Below are positions 33,285 to 43,326 of a stretch of 64,000 bases of DNA, piece after piece (the stretch's first letter is position 1; each line of letters starts with the position of its first letter). Under the pieces are notes generated by a model, which saw nothing but the letters and a program-made list of their open reading frames with translations, had not been told where the DNA came from and did not search any database. The stretch spans positions 153,157 through 217,156 of the forward strand of contig JAFGGP010000013.1 of NCBI GenBank assembly GCA_016930485.1, given 5' to 3'. The position numbers and the translations under genes are program-made. The DNA is from Candidatus Omnitrophota bacterium. Lineage in GTDB: Bacteria > Omnitrophota > Gorgyraeia > JAFGGP01.

Positions 33285-34099
33285 ATGAACATCCTACAAC
33301 TCCTATTATAACGTTAACAACGGATTTCGGACTCAAGGATTCTTATGTTGCCTCATTAAAAGGTGTAATTCTCGGCATCCATCCTCATGCACGCATAGTC
33401 GACATCACCCATCTGATTTCCCCTCACAACATCGTTGAAGCTGCCTTCACACTTATGTGTACGTACCCGTATTTTCCAGAGGGAACTATCCATGTGGCCG
33501 TCATCGACCCCGGCGTTGGCTCCCACAGAAAGGCTATCTGTGTAACAGGAGATAACCGCATATTTTTAGGTCCTGACAACGGTGTGTTATGGCTATGCTC
33601 CCAGCGATTGAGTAATTTTTCAACATACCAGATTGATAATCATGCTCTTTTTACAGCATCACCGTCATATACATTCCATGGACGAGATATCTTTGCCCCT
33701 GTCGCAGCTCATCTCGCATTAGGAATGAGGGCCCAAGAACTTGGAGGGCCTGTTGCCCGCATACAATCACTGAATCTACCCCAGCCAATTGTCAATAATG
33801 ACGCTATCGAAGGCACGGTACTCCATATTGACAGTTTTGGAAATATCCTTACGAATATCCATCGCTCCCATCTTGCTCATTTCGACACAGACCAACGGCA
33901 ATACATTATACATATCGGTCAGATAACTTTCACCGGTATATCTCAGACATATGCGGAACAGCGAATGGGAGAGACATTCGCCCTTTTTTCGAGCAGCGAT
34001 TTCCTCGAAATAGCCACTAGAGAGAGAAGCGTTGCGGCGCTGCTCGGAGCACACATAGGGCAGGCGGTTGTCTTGAAAAGGTCTATTAGAAATGGATAA
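33281..34099 (+). CDS. SAM hydrolase / SAM hydroxide adenosyltransferase family (DUF62)
   Basis: 272 aa. ITLTTDFGLKDSYVASLKGVI, VIDPGVG and FHGRDIFAPVAAHL motifs. Confidence 0.85.
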   Translation: MNEHPTTPIITLTTDFGLKDSYVASLKGVILGIHPHARIVDITHLISPHNIVEAAFTLMCTYPYFPEGTIHVAVIDPGVGSHRKAICVTGDNRIFLGPDNGVLWLCSQRLSNFSTYQIDNHALFTASPSYTFHGRDIFAPVAAHLALGMRAQELGGPVARIQSLNLPQPIVNNDAIEGTVLHIDSFGNILTNIHRSHLAHFDTDQRQYIIHIGQITFTGISQTYAEQRMGETFALFSSSDFLEIATRERSVAALLGAHIGQAVVLKRSIRNG

Positions 34100-36080
34100 A
34101 ACGTATTTTTTATCTCAGTTAGCACCATTCCGTCATCTTGAACGAGATAGGCTGGAATTACTATCATCCAAAATGCGATTGGTCGAGTATAAAAAAAATG
34201 AAACGGTATATACCCAAGGTGACCCACCTCATGCATTTTACTTTGTAGTATTTGGAAAACTAAAAATATTTGCTCGGACAAACCGTGAAAAACAAAAAAT
34301 CCTTGCGTATCTTCACAAAGGGGACTTTTTTGGCGAAATATCACTACTTACTTATCAACCTCATTCGGTAACCGTAACCGCCCTGAATGATTGTCTCCTG
34401 TTAAAAATCTTAAAAGACGATTTTCAAAAAATACTCACCAGCATCCCTGAGATAAGTGTTTTAATCAGTCAATCCTTGGGAAAGAAATTGCGCAATTTGG
34501 AAAAAGACACGAGCACCACCTCTGCATCAGAAGTCTTCAGTTTCTATGCCCCTTTCCCGGACATCGATAAAACGCCCTGTGTTCTCGACATAGCCACTGA
34601 AATAGTTAAAAATAAAAGCGAAACACTTCTGGTTCTTCAGGTGGTCTCCTCTCAACAAGATATGCACCCCTTGATTGCCGAGGCCCCGAAAATATCACTT
34701 TGCAACTTCACAGAAGATAGACTTTCCTCGCCTCAATCAATTCTGAAGCAAATAAAAACACATGAATCCGGTTTTTCGATGCTCTGTCTAGCGCTTCAAA
34801 AAAGCACACAGAAAGACCTCAAAAATATCCCTATTCTTTTTGATTGCCTACATGAACTGTTCGATCGCACTATTATTAATTTGCCTTTGACGTTAGATGA
34901 ATACACCATTAAGTTTGTCGAACAATCGGATAAAATTTTCTTGATCGTTGACTCAACACCCTCTATACTAAATGCTTCAAAAAATGCCCTTGAACTCCTT
35001 GCCGAAACCGGGCTATCGGTTTCGGATAGTGCGATAGAGCTTATTGTCTATCATGATACCCACGAAAAAACCGACCCGCAACTTATTAAAAAAACGCTTG
35101 GGAAGCAGATTTACTCTGTTATTCCCAGGCTAGGACAGCACGACTCCAATAGAGAAAAATATCAGCGGGCTCTGAATCGCTTATCGAGAAAAATCGAGGG
35201 TAATGTCATTGGCCTTGCTCTAGGCAGCGGTGCTGCATTAGGTCTATCCCACATTGGCGTTCTCAAGGTTCTTGAAAAGCACCAGATTCCAATCGATATT
35301 CTCAGTGGATGCAGCATGGGGGCTTTCTTGGGCTCGTTGTGGGCCTGCGGCATTAAGGCGGGTCAGCTTGAACAACAAGTTATGAAAGTTATTGCCCATA
35401 AAAAACTTTTCTCCTTTTTCGACATCACCTTCCCTATTCGAGGTTTTTTTCGCGGCAGGAAAGTAATTGATTTCCTTAAAAAATTCATCGGTGAAAAGAA
35501 CTTTGCTGATGCAGAAATGGACCTTAAAATAGTAGCCGCAGACCTTCTTACTCGGGAAAAAATCGTCTTTCAAGAAGGCCCAATATACGAAGCGGTGCGA
35601 GCGAGCATCTCAATGCCCGGCATCTTTGAACCTCTCAAAAAAAATGGAAGTTTGCAAGTTGATGGCGGCATACTCGATCCTCTGCCAATTCACGTCCTTC
35701 AAGAAGCTGGGGCAACGAAAATTATCGCGGTTAACGCCTTACCTGACCCGATTCCCTTACGACAAATGCATCAAGAAATAGCCGATCGGGGCACTGAAGG
35801 TATAGCGGATACGAAAAAGAAACATGGTAATATAGGGCTTCTGCGGTGCCGACTGCACAATGCGCTATCGCCGGGCATTCTCGATATCTTAATTCGCTCT
35901 ATACAATCGATGGAAGCCGGCTTGGCAGAATCCTCATGCCAGGATGCCGATATTACCATACGGCCGCTTAAGGAATACCATAGTTACTTTGATTTTTTTA
36001 ATGCCAAATCACTCATATATAATGGGGAAAGAGCCGCTGAAAAAGCGCTCCCGAAAATAAAACAATTACTTTGCGAGTAA
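34092..36080 (+). CDS. Cyclic-nucleotide-binding domain / degenerate ParA-MinD-like module / patatin-like phospholipase
   Basis: 662 aa. The CAP_ED domain has GDFFGEISLL. The middle region has FSFYAPFPDIDKTP where a deviant Walker A is expected, and FDRTIINLP in the Walker B slot. The patatin domain has GSGAALG, GCSMG and DGG. Confidence 0.8.
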   Translation: MDKTYFLSQLAPFRHLERDRLELLSSKMRLVEYKKNETVYTQGDPPHAFYFVVFGKLKIFARTNREKQKILAYLHKGDFFGEISLLTYQPHSVTVTALNDCLLLKILKDDFQKILTSIPEISVLISQSLGKKLRNLEKDTSTTSASEVFSFYAPFPDIDKTPCVLDIATEIVKNKSETLLVLQVVSSQQDMHPLIAEAPKISLCNFTEDRLSSPQSILKQIKTHESGFSMLCLALQKSTQKDLKNIPILFDCLHELFDRTIINLPLTLDEYTIKFVEQSDKIFLIVDSTPSILNASKNALELLAETGLSVSDSAIELIVYHDTHEKTDPQLIKKTLGKQIYSVIPRLGQHDSNREKYQRALNRLSRKIEGNVIGLALGSGAALGLSHIGVLKVLEKHQIPIDILSGCSMGAFLGSLWACGIKAGQLEQQVMKVIAHKKLFSFFDITFPIRGFFRGRKVIDFLKKFIGEKNFADAEMDLKIVAADLLTREKIVFQEGPIYEAVRASISMPGIFEPLKKNGSLQVDGGILDPLPIHVLQEAGATKIIAVNALPDPIPLRQMHQEIADRGTEGIADTKKKHGNIGLLRCRLHNALSPGILDILIRSIQSMEAGLAESSCQDADITIRPLKEYHSYFDFFNAKSLIYNGERAAEKALPKIKQLLCE

Positions 36081-36113
36081 AACGGCTGACTTGCGACCAA
36101 AAGAGGAGGTGGC

Positions 36114-36893
36114 ATGAATATACTTATATGTCTAAAACAGGTGCCTGATACAGAATTGCAGATTATTCCGAACGAGGCAGAAAATGATATCAAAAGAGAC
36201 AACATCAAATATGTAGTTAACCCCTACGACGAATACGCCATAGAAGAAGCCTTAAAAATTAAAGAAGCAATGAAAGATGTCTCGGTTACTGCTATTGCAG
36301 TCGGCCCCGAACGTTCCAAGGAGGCCCTCAGGACCGCACTGGCAATGGGCTGTGATGATGCTATTCTCATTGTGCATAGCGATGATATAATCGAACCGTT
36401 ACATGTTTCAAAAATACTTTCCGCGTTTGCCAAAACGAAAGAGTACAGTTTAATCCTCTGTGGCAAACAGGCCATAGACGACGATTCAGCAAGCGTAGGC
36501 CCTGCACTGGCTGGTCTCATGGGGTGGGCTCAGGCAACTAATGTTATAAAACTTGAGATAGCAAAGGATGGGAAATGGGCACGGTGCTCCCGGCAGATTG
36601 AAAGCGGGACTGCGATTATCGAGTGCACCTTGCCAGCGGTTATTACTGCCCAGAAGGGTCTGAATGAGCCACGATATGTTTCATTGCCGGGGATCATGAA
36701 GGCTAAAAAGAAAGAGATTCCCTTAATCGCTGTCGATACATTATCGGTAGGGGATCTCTCTCCCGCTTTCACTATTCTTCATTTCTCAAGGCCGCCCGAG
36801 AGAAAATCAGAACACAGAATTTTCGCGGGAAGTATTCAGCAGGTGGTTGAGCAGACAATAAGCGTCCTTAAAGAAGAGGTAAAGGTGTTATAG
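36114..36893 (+). CDS. etfB: Electron transfer flavoprotein beta subunit
   Basis: 259 aa. MNILICLKQVPD...VNPYDEYAIEEAL and LILCGKQAIDDD. Confidence 0.9.
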   Translation: MNILICLKQVPDTELQIIPNEAENDIKRDNIKYVVNPYDEYAIEEALKIKEAMKDVSVTAIAVGPERSKEALRTALAMGCDDAILIVHSDDIIEPLHVSKILSAFAKTKEYSLILCGKQAIDDDSASVGPALAGLMGWAQATNVIKLEIAKDGKWARCSRQIESGTAIIECTLPAVITAQKGLNEPRYVSLPGIMKAKKKEIPLIAVDTLSVGDLSPAFTILHFSRPPERKSEHRIFAGSIQQVVEQTISVLKEEVKVL

Positions 36894-36938
36894 TATTCTT
36901 CAAATAAAGAACGACTATCGCAAAACTGAGGAGTTGTC

Positions 36939-37925
36939 ATGAAAAGTATTTTAATCATCATCGAACATAGTGAGAGTGTAATACGAAATGCATCGCTGGA
37001 AGTTATTTCTGAGGCGGTAAGAATAAAAAAATCCTTGGGCCTGACTCTTAATGCACTCATTCTCGGCAATATAACTGACAGCGCTTTAAAAGAGATTCAA
37101 AAATTCGATATAGATACTATTCGTTACGATCAATCGAAGGTCTTTGTGTCCTATACGCCAGAAGGTTATGCAGAGGCAGCAATTCACATAGTCGATGAGC
37201 TTCCAAAACCTCTTATTATTATGATGGGTGCAACATCACAGGGAAAAGATCTAGCAGGAAGACTGTCTGCACTCCTTGATTGTGGCCTTGCGACCGAGTG
37301 CACTAAAATAACTGTCAATGACGGCTCCGGGCTGTTATATGAGCGACCGATATACGCGGGAAAAATCGTTTCACAGATTAAGCCGAACGATCGAGATATT
37401 CATATAGTAACTCTCAGGCCAAAGATTTTTGAAAAAGAATATTCGGAAGGAACTCCGAGACTCATTACGAATGCCATTGGGGTCGTTCAGGACGCACTTT
37501 TATCTCGATATGTCGAAAGTATAAAACGCGAGGGTTCGCGGCCTGACCTCACCGAGGCAGATATTATCGTGGCGGGGGGGAGAGGTATAAAATCGGCTGA
37601 GAATTTTCGAGTCCTTGAGGAACTCGCAGACACACTCGGCGGCGCAGTGGGTGCTTCACGTGCTGCCGTAGACTCTGGTTTTCGCCCTCAATCCGACCAA
37701 GTAGGTCAGACAGGAAAAACCGTAAGTCCAAAATTATACATAGCTTGCGGCATTTCAGGAGCCATCCAACATCTTGTCGGCATGTCCTCTTCCCAGTATA
37801 TTCTCGCTATTAACAAAGATCCCGATGCCCCCATCTTTAAAAAGGCTGATTTTGGCATCGTGGGGGATATTTTCGAGGTAGCCCCCCTGTTAGTAGAAGA
37901 AATAAAAAAAGCGAAATCTGCGTAA
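36939..37925 (+). CDS. etfA: Electron transfer flavoprotein alpha subunit
   Basis: 328 aa. [43 protein letters not shown]. Confidence 0.9.
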   Translation: MKSILIIIEHSESVIRNASLEVISEAVRIKKSLGLTLNALILGNITDSALKEIQKFDIDTIRYDQSKVFVSYTPEGYAEAAIHIVDELPKPLIIMMGATSQGKDLAGRLSALLDCGLATECTKITVNDGSGLLYERPIYAGKIVSQIKPNDRDIHIVTLRPKIFEKEYSEGTPRLITNAIGVVQDALLSRYVESIKREGSRPDLTEADIIVAGGRGIKSAENFRVLEELADTLGGAVGASRAAVDSGFRPQSDQVGQTGKTVSPKLYIACGISGAIQHLVGMSSSQYILAINKDPDAPIFKKADFGIVGDIFEVAPLLVEEIKKAKSA

Positions 37926-37998
37926 TATCCTTGTACAATTTGAAGTTCCGTTTGTCAAATGCTATACTTTAAGGTGGAATAGTATAACTTAAAACGGA

Positions 37999-38460
37999 GT
38001 GAGTAGAATTGTACAAATGTTTGCTATCGCTGGAGTTGCAATATTTACGTTAACCTGTGTCCTTGGGTTGGTCCTGATCGAAGAGAAAAAGGCGCGCCTC
38101 GAAAATCAACCGCATGCCATTCTGTCTCATGATGCGTCCTTTATTGAGGAACGCAGAAGCGAAGGTCGTTCGAACGTAGATCTAGAGTTTCCGTATCAAT
38201 GCCTCCCCTGTAGTAAAAACAAGAATAACACCTTTGCTTCTACAAAAAATATCAGTTCAAAAGGCATTTGCATACGACTTCCAGAAAAGCTCCCTGTCAA
38301 CAGCCTCATTAAAATTTTCATTCCCAAAAACATCGCCCGACAATATAAAAACAAAAGTCTCACAGGCAAAATTATCTGGGTTGCCGAAAACGGTAAAATA
38401 GATGTTAACGGCAAGCGTACCTTTGAGACAGGCGTCCAATTCCTTAACTCAGCTATGTAA
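37999..38460 (+). CDS. Membrane-anchored PilZ domain protein
   Basis: 153 aa. N-terminal TM helix, ERRSEGR (RxxxR) and NISSKG (D/NxSxxG). The start is either the GTG at 37999 or the ATG at 38017. Confidence 0.7.
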   Translation: MSRIVQMFAIAGVAIFTLTCVLGLVLIEEKKARLENQPHAILSHDASFIEERRSEGRSNVDLEFPYQCLPCSKNKNNTFASTKNISSKGICIRLPEKLPVNSLIKIFIPKNIARQYKNKSLTGKIIWVAENGKIDVNGKRTFETGVQFLNSAM

Positions 38461-38593
38461 CTCTCCGTCCTAGGCGGAAGAAGGTAAATATTGTCAGACA
38501 GACCTCTATCTGCATACCGAAGTGGGTTTAATGGTGCATTGCCGCCCAGAGTTTCTAAGAATGGATAAAACGCGATTGCAGAATGCAGGAAAC

Positions 38594-38622
38594 TTGTGAG
38601 TTAGCACTGAATAGTATATAAT
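38594..38622 (+). promoter_or_regulatory. Promoter candidate TTGTGA-N17-TATAAT placed for a leaderless or near-leaderless mRNA
   Basis: The -10 ends at 38622. The ATG codons at 38624 and 38630 fall at or next to the expected transcription start. No SD is present. Confidence 0.45.
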
Positions 38623-38623
38623 T

Positions 38624-39382
38624 ATGATTATGAAACTTACACTTATTGGTTCGGGTACCAGCATACCACTTTCTCGACAACGATGCCCCTGTTACCTAAT
38701 CGAAACAGGAATGGCAAAACTTCTTCTTGACACCGGTCCAGGCTGTCTGCAAACACTGCAAGAGCTTACTATCACATATAACGACATTGATTGCCTGTGT
38801 TATACACATATCCATCTCGATCACATTGCTGCCTTGCCGTGGTTGTTGTTCATTGCAAAAAATGCCTTTCATCTCCGTGTAAAACCCCTGTATATCTACG
38901 GTCCTAAAGGCATTGGTTCTTTCTACCAAAAAATGTTGCAGCTTTATGAATCTCAAATAAACCCGACCTCCTTTGACGTTTCTGTAAAGGAATTGGCAGA
39001 GGAGGCATTTTCCATAAAGGATGTACATATCTCTTCCATCCCTGTTCCGCACTTCAATCAGTGTCTGGCCTATAGAATAGAAAATAAAAATGGGTACAGT
39101 ATCGTCTATTCCGGAGATACCGATTATACCGAAGCTTTAAGTGCGTTCGCTGCTGACAGCGATCTTCTTCTCCTGGAATGCGCGATGCCTGAGGGGCAAA
39201 AAGTAAATGGTCACCTAATTCCTTCTTTAGCGGGAAAAATTGCTGCTGAGGCGCGCGCAAAAAAACTCATAATCATCCACCGCTATCCTATATGTAACGA
39301 CAAAGAAATATGCCATATTATTAAAGAAATATACAGCGGAACAGTTGTGTTAGCATACGATCTTATGACCTTTGAAATATAA
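38624..39382 (+). CDS. MBL-fold metallo-hydrolase (RNase Z/ElaC-like short form)
   Basis: LTLIGSGTS, HIHLDHIAAL (HxHxDH) and a late SGDT. The start is the ATG at 38624 or 38630. Confidence 0.75.
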   Translation: MIMKLTLIGSGTSIPLSRQRCPCYLIETGMAKLLLDTGPGCLQTLQELTITYNDIDCLCYTHIHLDHIAALPWLLFIAKNAFHLRVKPLYIYGPKGIGSFYQKMLQLYESQINPTSFDVSVKELAEEAFSIKDVHISSIPVPHFNQCLAYRIENKNGYSIVYSGDTDYTEALSAFAADSDLLLLECAMPEGQKVNGHLIPSLAGKIAAEARAKKLIIIHRYPICNDKEICHIIKEIYSGTVVLAYDLMTFEI

Positions 39383-39400
39383 AAATCGGTTGCCCTATCT

Positions 39401-40915
39401 ATGGTTTTCCTGAGAAAATGTCTTTTTGTAGATGTAATATATATGGTCGCGTTAGCAATCTGCTGGTATTTTTTTCTTTCCGGGAACACGTTTAAAACCG
39501 GATTGATTCTTCAGGCAATTCCCAATCCCACGGCATCCTCAGAGGCAATCCCCATTATAGACAGCTGGAAGGGGATCTACTTCAACAATTCCAAAATAGG
39601 GTTTTCCAACACACAAATAAAAAAGCTGGCTGTGACCGAACCATCGGCCTATCACATAAAAACAGAAATGCACATGCTCCTCGGCATGTTGGGTCAGTAT
39701 AGAGAAACGGCCATCAAGGCAAGCACTTACCTTCATACTGACCTTTCACTGCACATGTTTGATCTCGGCATCTATTCCGCAAACCATAAGATGTATATAA
39801 GGGGAGAAACCACCGATGGTGATATATTAGAGCTAAAAATTGTAACGGGCGAATCCGTTTTAAAAAAACGGATAAATATGCAACACAACATTATTCCCTC
39901 ACCGGCATTGGCCGCATTTTTAAGCATCCAAAAATTCAATATACACGATCGCATTGTCGTTCCCGTTTTTGATCCCTTTATCTTGCATACTGACCATATG
40001 ACAGTCACATTTACCGGCACCGAAAGATTAAAACTGCACGGCATCGTCTTTAATACCTTAGTCGCCGAGACGGAATTCCGGGGCATCAAAACCCGTTCCT
40101 GGATAGCCGATACAGGGGAGGTGGTCAAAGAAACCACGCCTTTTGGCTGGGTGATGGTAGTCGAGTCACCCCAAGAAGCAACACGACTCATCTCCGATAA
40201 GGCGCAGATGCCCGATATATTATCTCAGGTGTCCATCCCCAGTAACCGCCCTCTGCAGCATCCGCAGGATATTGCTTTTTTAAAGGCGCTGTTAAAAAAT
40301 ATTCCCGGCGACATGTTTGATTTGATAACGCAACGTCAGACCGCCCAAAAACAGGAAGAAGGGTTGTGGATCATTGCGGTACAAAAAGAAAATGGGGAGG
40401 AGATAGCAAAAAATAGCCTACCCGTACATCAAATTTCCGATATTACGCCCCTTATGCCGACTTATTTTATTCAGAGCAACGATCCGGTAATACATAAACT
40501 GGCTAACGAAATTCGGCAAAATGATGATGACGCATGGCAGATTGTGCTCAAATTACACGAATGGATCTACAAAAATATAAGAAAAACTCCGACCCTTAGC
40601 GTACCTTCGTCACTCGATGTGTTGCGCACTAGGGAAGGGGATTGCAATGAGCATACCGTCCTTTTTACCGCCCTGTCACGTGCCTGCGGCATCCCTACCA
40701 AAATGTGTGCAGGTATTGTCTACTACCAAGGAGATTTTTATTATCACTCATGGCCAAAAGTTTTTGTCGGCCGATGGGTTGATGTTGATCCTACATTAGG
40801 ACAGGTTATCTGCGACGGAACTCATATTCAGCTTATTGAGGGAGACCTGTTGCAACAGATACAGCTTGCATCAATCCTTGGCCGCATCGAAGTTGAAATA
40901 CTCGAGGCACGATGA
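39401..40915 (+). CDS. Transglutaminase-like domain membrane protein
   Basis: 504 aa. N-terminal TM. The C-terminal core REGDCNEHTVLFTALSRACGIPTK...YHSWPKVFV..WVDVDPT supplies the Cys-His-Asp residues. Confidence 0.8.
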   Translation: MVFLRKCLFVDVIYMVALAICWYFFLSGNTFKTGLILQAIPNPTASSEAIPIIDSWKGIYFNNSKIGFSNTQIKKLAVTEPSAYHIKTEMHMLLGMLGQYRETAIKASTYLHTDLSLHMFDLGIYSANHKMYIRGETTDGDILELKIVTGESVLKKRINMQHNIIPSPALAAFLSIQKFNIHDRIVVPVFDPFILHTDHMTVTFTGTERLKLHGIVFNTLVAETEFRGIKTRSWIADTGEVVKETTPFGWVMVVESPQEATRLISDKAQMPDILSQVSIPSNRPLQHPQDIAFLKALLKNIPGDMFDLITQRQTAQKQEEGLWIIAVQKENGEEIAKNSLPVHQISDITPLMPTYFIQSNDPVIHKLANEIRQNDDDAWQIVLKLHEWIYKNIRKTPTLSVPSSLDVLRTREGDCNEHTVLFTALSRACGIPTKMCAGIVYYQGDFYYHSWPKVFVGRWVDVDPTLGQVICDGTHIQLIEGDLLQQIQLASILGRIEVEILEAR

Positions 40916-41637
40916 TTACGACATACAACCTCAATAAAAGCTTCGGAACTCATCAGGTAATTAAAAATCTCGATTTGTGTGTCCGGAAGAACGCGTTTTT
41001 TGTCCTGCTCGGACCGAACGCGGCAGGCAAAACTACTACCATGAAACTCTTGGCAGGGCTTCTTAAGCCGGACTCAGGGCAGATATCGATAGGGTCCATT
41101 GATCTCCTGAAAAATCCTGTAAGGGCAAGGGAGATTATCGGATATATCCCCGACCATCCTTTTTTGTATGAAAAGCTAACTGGTCTGGAATTCATCGAAT
41201 TTATCCGTGATATATACCGAAAGGATAAACGCGCGTTCGATCTGAATATGGGTCGCCTGTTGCAGTTGCTTGGCCTAAACAGACACATTACTGGTGAATG
41301 CATAGAAAATTATTCGCATGGCATGAAGCAGCGCCTTATTATTGCGGTAACACTTGCCAGAGAACCGCTCGTTCTTATGATGGATGAGCCGTTGGTCGGA
41401 CTTGACCCGCGTACCGCCAATATCTTTAAAACGCTCCTTAAGAAGGAATGCGAAAAGGGTAGGCTGACAGTCATAATTTCAACCCATACTCTTTCGGTTG
41501 CAAAAGAACTGGCCGATGAAGTAGGCATTATTCACAGGGGGGAGCTTTCGGCCTGCGGTCCTCTCAGTATGCTGGAAGAGATAGCCGGAACAACAGACCT
41601 GGAAAAAATCTTTCTTACAATAACACAAGATGATTAA
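40912..41637 (+). CDS. ABC transporter ATP-binding protein
   Basis: 241 aa. Walker A GPNAAGKTTT, signature YSHGMKQRL and Walker B LMMDEP. ATGA overlap with the transglutaminase gene. Confidence 0.9.
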   Translation: MITTYNLNKSFGTHQVIKNLDLCVRKNAFFVLLGPNAAGKTTTMKLLAGLLKPDSGQISIGSIDLLKNPVRAREIIGYIPDHPFLYEKLTGLEFIEFIRDIYRKDKRAFDLNMGRLLQLLGLNRHITGECIENYSHGMKQRLIIAVTLAREPLVLMMDEPLVGLDPRTANIFKTLLKKECEKGRLTVIISTHTLSVAKELADEVGIIHRGELSACGPLSMLEEIAGTTDLEKIFLTITQDD

Positions 41638-43315
41638 AAAACTGTATAACTTGAAAATAGTCAATTTTAAAAATACCTGCGTTGCTTCATATCGTCGCAA
41701 TCCCTATGAGGCTGTGATACTTTTTTCCATCTTCCTTTGCATCTCAAGTGCGGTCTTGGTCGCCTCGCTCAAAATACTCTCTATCCTAAACGGTCTCTCT
41801 GTCGTAGGTCCGATTCTGGTCGACAGGCTCATGTATGTCCTTCTTATGATTATTTTCCTTATGCTGATCATCAGCTCAATCATCGTTAGTTTTTCCACCC
41901 TCTATAACGATAAAGAGGTTGACTCGCTTATATTTCTCCCGCTACCTGTCCGCTCTATCTTCCTTCTCAAAGGAACAGAGACGGTTGTGTACAGCGCATG
42001 GGGTTTTATCTTTCTCTTTACACCTTTTTTTGTGGCGTATGGCATTGTGCTGCGGGCACCGAATATATATTATGTCTTTTTAATTCCCTGTGTATGCCTC
42101 CTGAGTCTGCTCGCCACCAGCATAGGCCTCAGCATCACCCTTATATTGACAAGGTTGTTCATTAAATACCGAACCATAGTCCTGTTCGTAATAAGCGTGT
42201 ACGGTTCTTATGCATTATATAGTTCGGGTATAAAAGAAATCAGGCTGTTAAACAAGCTTGACCCTACCTCTACCATCGCCATTATTAATAGCCTTGTTCC
42301 GAATATCAGATTTTCCCAGTGGCGGCTTTTGCCCAGTTTCTGGTGTGCGGAAGGGCTTTCCTGTTTCATCCAGGGATCTACGGTTCAAGGTCTCTTTTAC
42401 TCGTTCTTTCTCTGCATGAATACTGTTTTTACTGTACGGATAACACTGCTTTTATCCCGGTTATTATTCTATGCAGGATGGGAAGGTATGCAGACTGCTC
42501 CGGGAACAACACAGAAAACCCTTTATAAAAAAAAGAGTCTCTTAGATTGCCTCTGCATACCACTCAAAATAACCGGACAACATTACTATGCCTTTATCAA
42601 AAAAGATATCAAGATGTTCTGGAGAGACCCGTTTCAAAGAACTCAATGTATCCTGCTCTTTGGTCTGTTGGCGTTTTATTTCGGGAACCTACGGTCGTTC
42701 CAGGGTGTCATCATTAATGATCCCATCTGGAAAAACATTATATGGTTCCTTAATCTCGGCGCCACTAATTTAATCCTGGGGACCCTAGCAGCACGTTTTG
42801 CCTTTCCGCAGTTCAGCCTAGAGGGTAAATGCTTTTGGGTTCTTGGTCTGGCCCCGATTGAATTAAAAAAGCTGTTTTTCCAAAAACTGCTTCTCAACGC
42901 ATGTGCCGCCCTCTGCTTGGTAAATATCGTCATTTCTATCTCAAGCAAATCACTTAACCTTTCGTCATCCCTGTTATGGCTGGGCATTCTTATGACATCG
43001 CTCATGTCGCTGTGTATTACTACCATATCGGTTGGGTTTGGAGTAATATTCATCGACCTGAAAGAGGAGGTGTCGGCAAAGATTGTGTCAGGTATGGGGG
43101 GAACTTTAACATTGATATTCAGTTTGATGTATATTATTATGTCGATTGCGCTGATCGCCATCCCTATACATCTCATGGTGACAAAACGCCTCAGCATAAC
43201 CGTTCTCAAACAACTTGAATGGGGCGCGGGCATGCTGCTGGTCACCATCAGCATCTTAAGCATCTCTCTAATAATTAGGTGCGCCCTACACAAAATAAGT
43301 CGGTTAGAATTCTAA
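41630..43315 (+). CDS. Polytopic membrane protein, putative ABC exporter permease
   Basis: 561 aa, 10 or more hydrophobic segments. It overlaps the ATPase gene by 8 nt. No soluble-domain motif. Confidence 0.55.
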   Translation: MIKKLYNLKIVNFKNTCVASYRRNPYEAVILFSIFLCISSAVLVASLKILSILNGLSVVGPILVDRLMYVLLMIIFLMLIISSIIVSFSTLYNDKEVDSLIFLPLPVRSIFLLKGTETVVYSAWGFIFLFTPFFVAYGIVLRAPNIYYVFLIPCVCLLSLLATSIGLSITLILTRLFIKYRTIVLFVISVYGSYALYSSGIKEIRLLNKLDPTSTIAIINSLVPNIRFSQWRLLPSFWCAEGLSCFIQGSTVQGLFYSFFLCMNTVFTVRITLLLSRLLFYAGWEGMQTAPGTTQKTLYKKKSLLDCLCIPLKITGQHYYAFIKKDIKMFWRDPFQRTQCILLFGLLAFYFGNLRSFQGVIINDPIWKNIIWFLNLGATNLILGTLAARFAFPQFSLEGKCFWVLGLAPIELKKLFFQKLLLNACAALCLVNIVISISSKSLNLSSSLLWLGILMTSLMSLCITTISVGFGVIFIDLKEEVSAKIVSGMGGTLTLIFSLMYIIMSIALIAIPIHLMVTKRLSITVLKQLEWGAGMLLVTISILSISLIIRCALHKISRLEF

Positions 43316-43326
43316 AGGGGGGGAAC

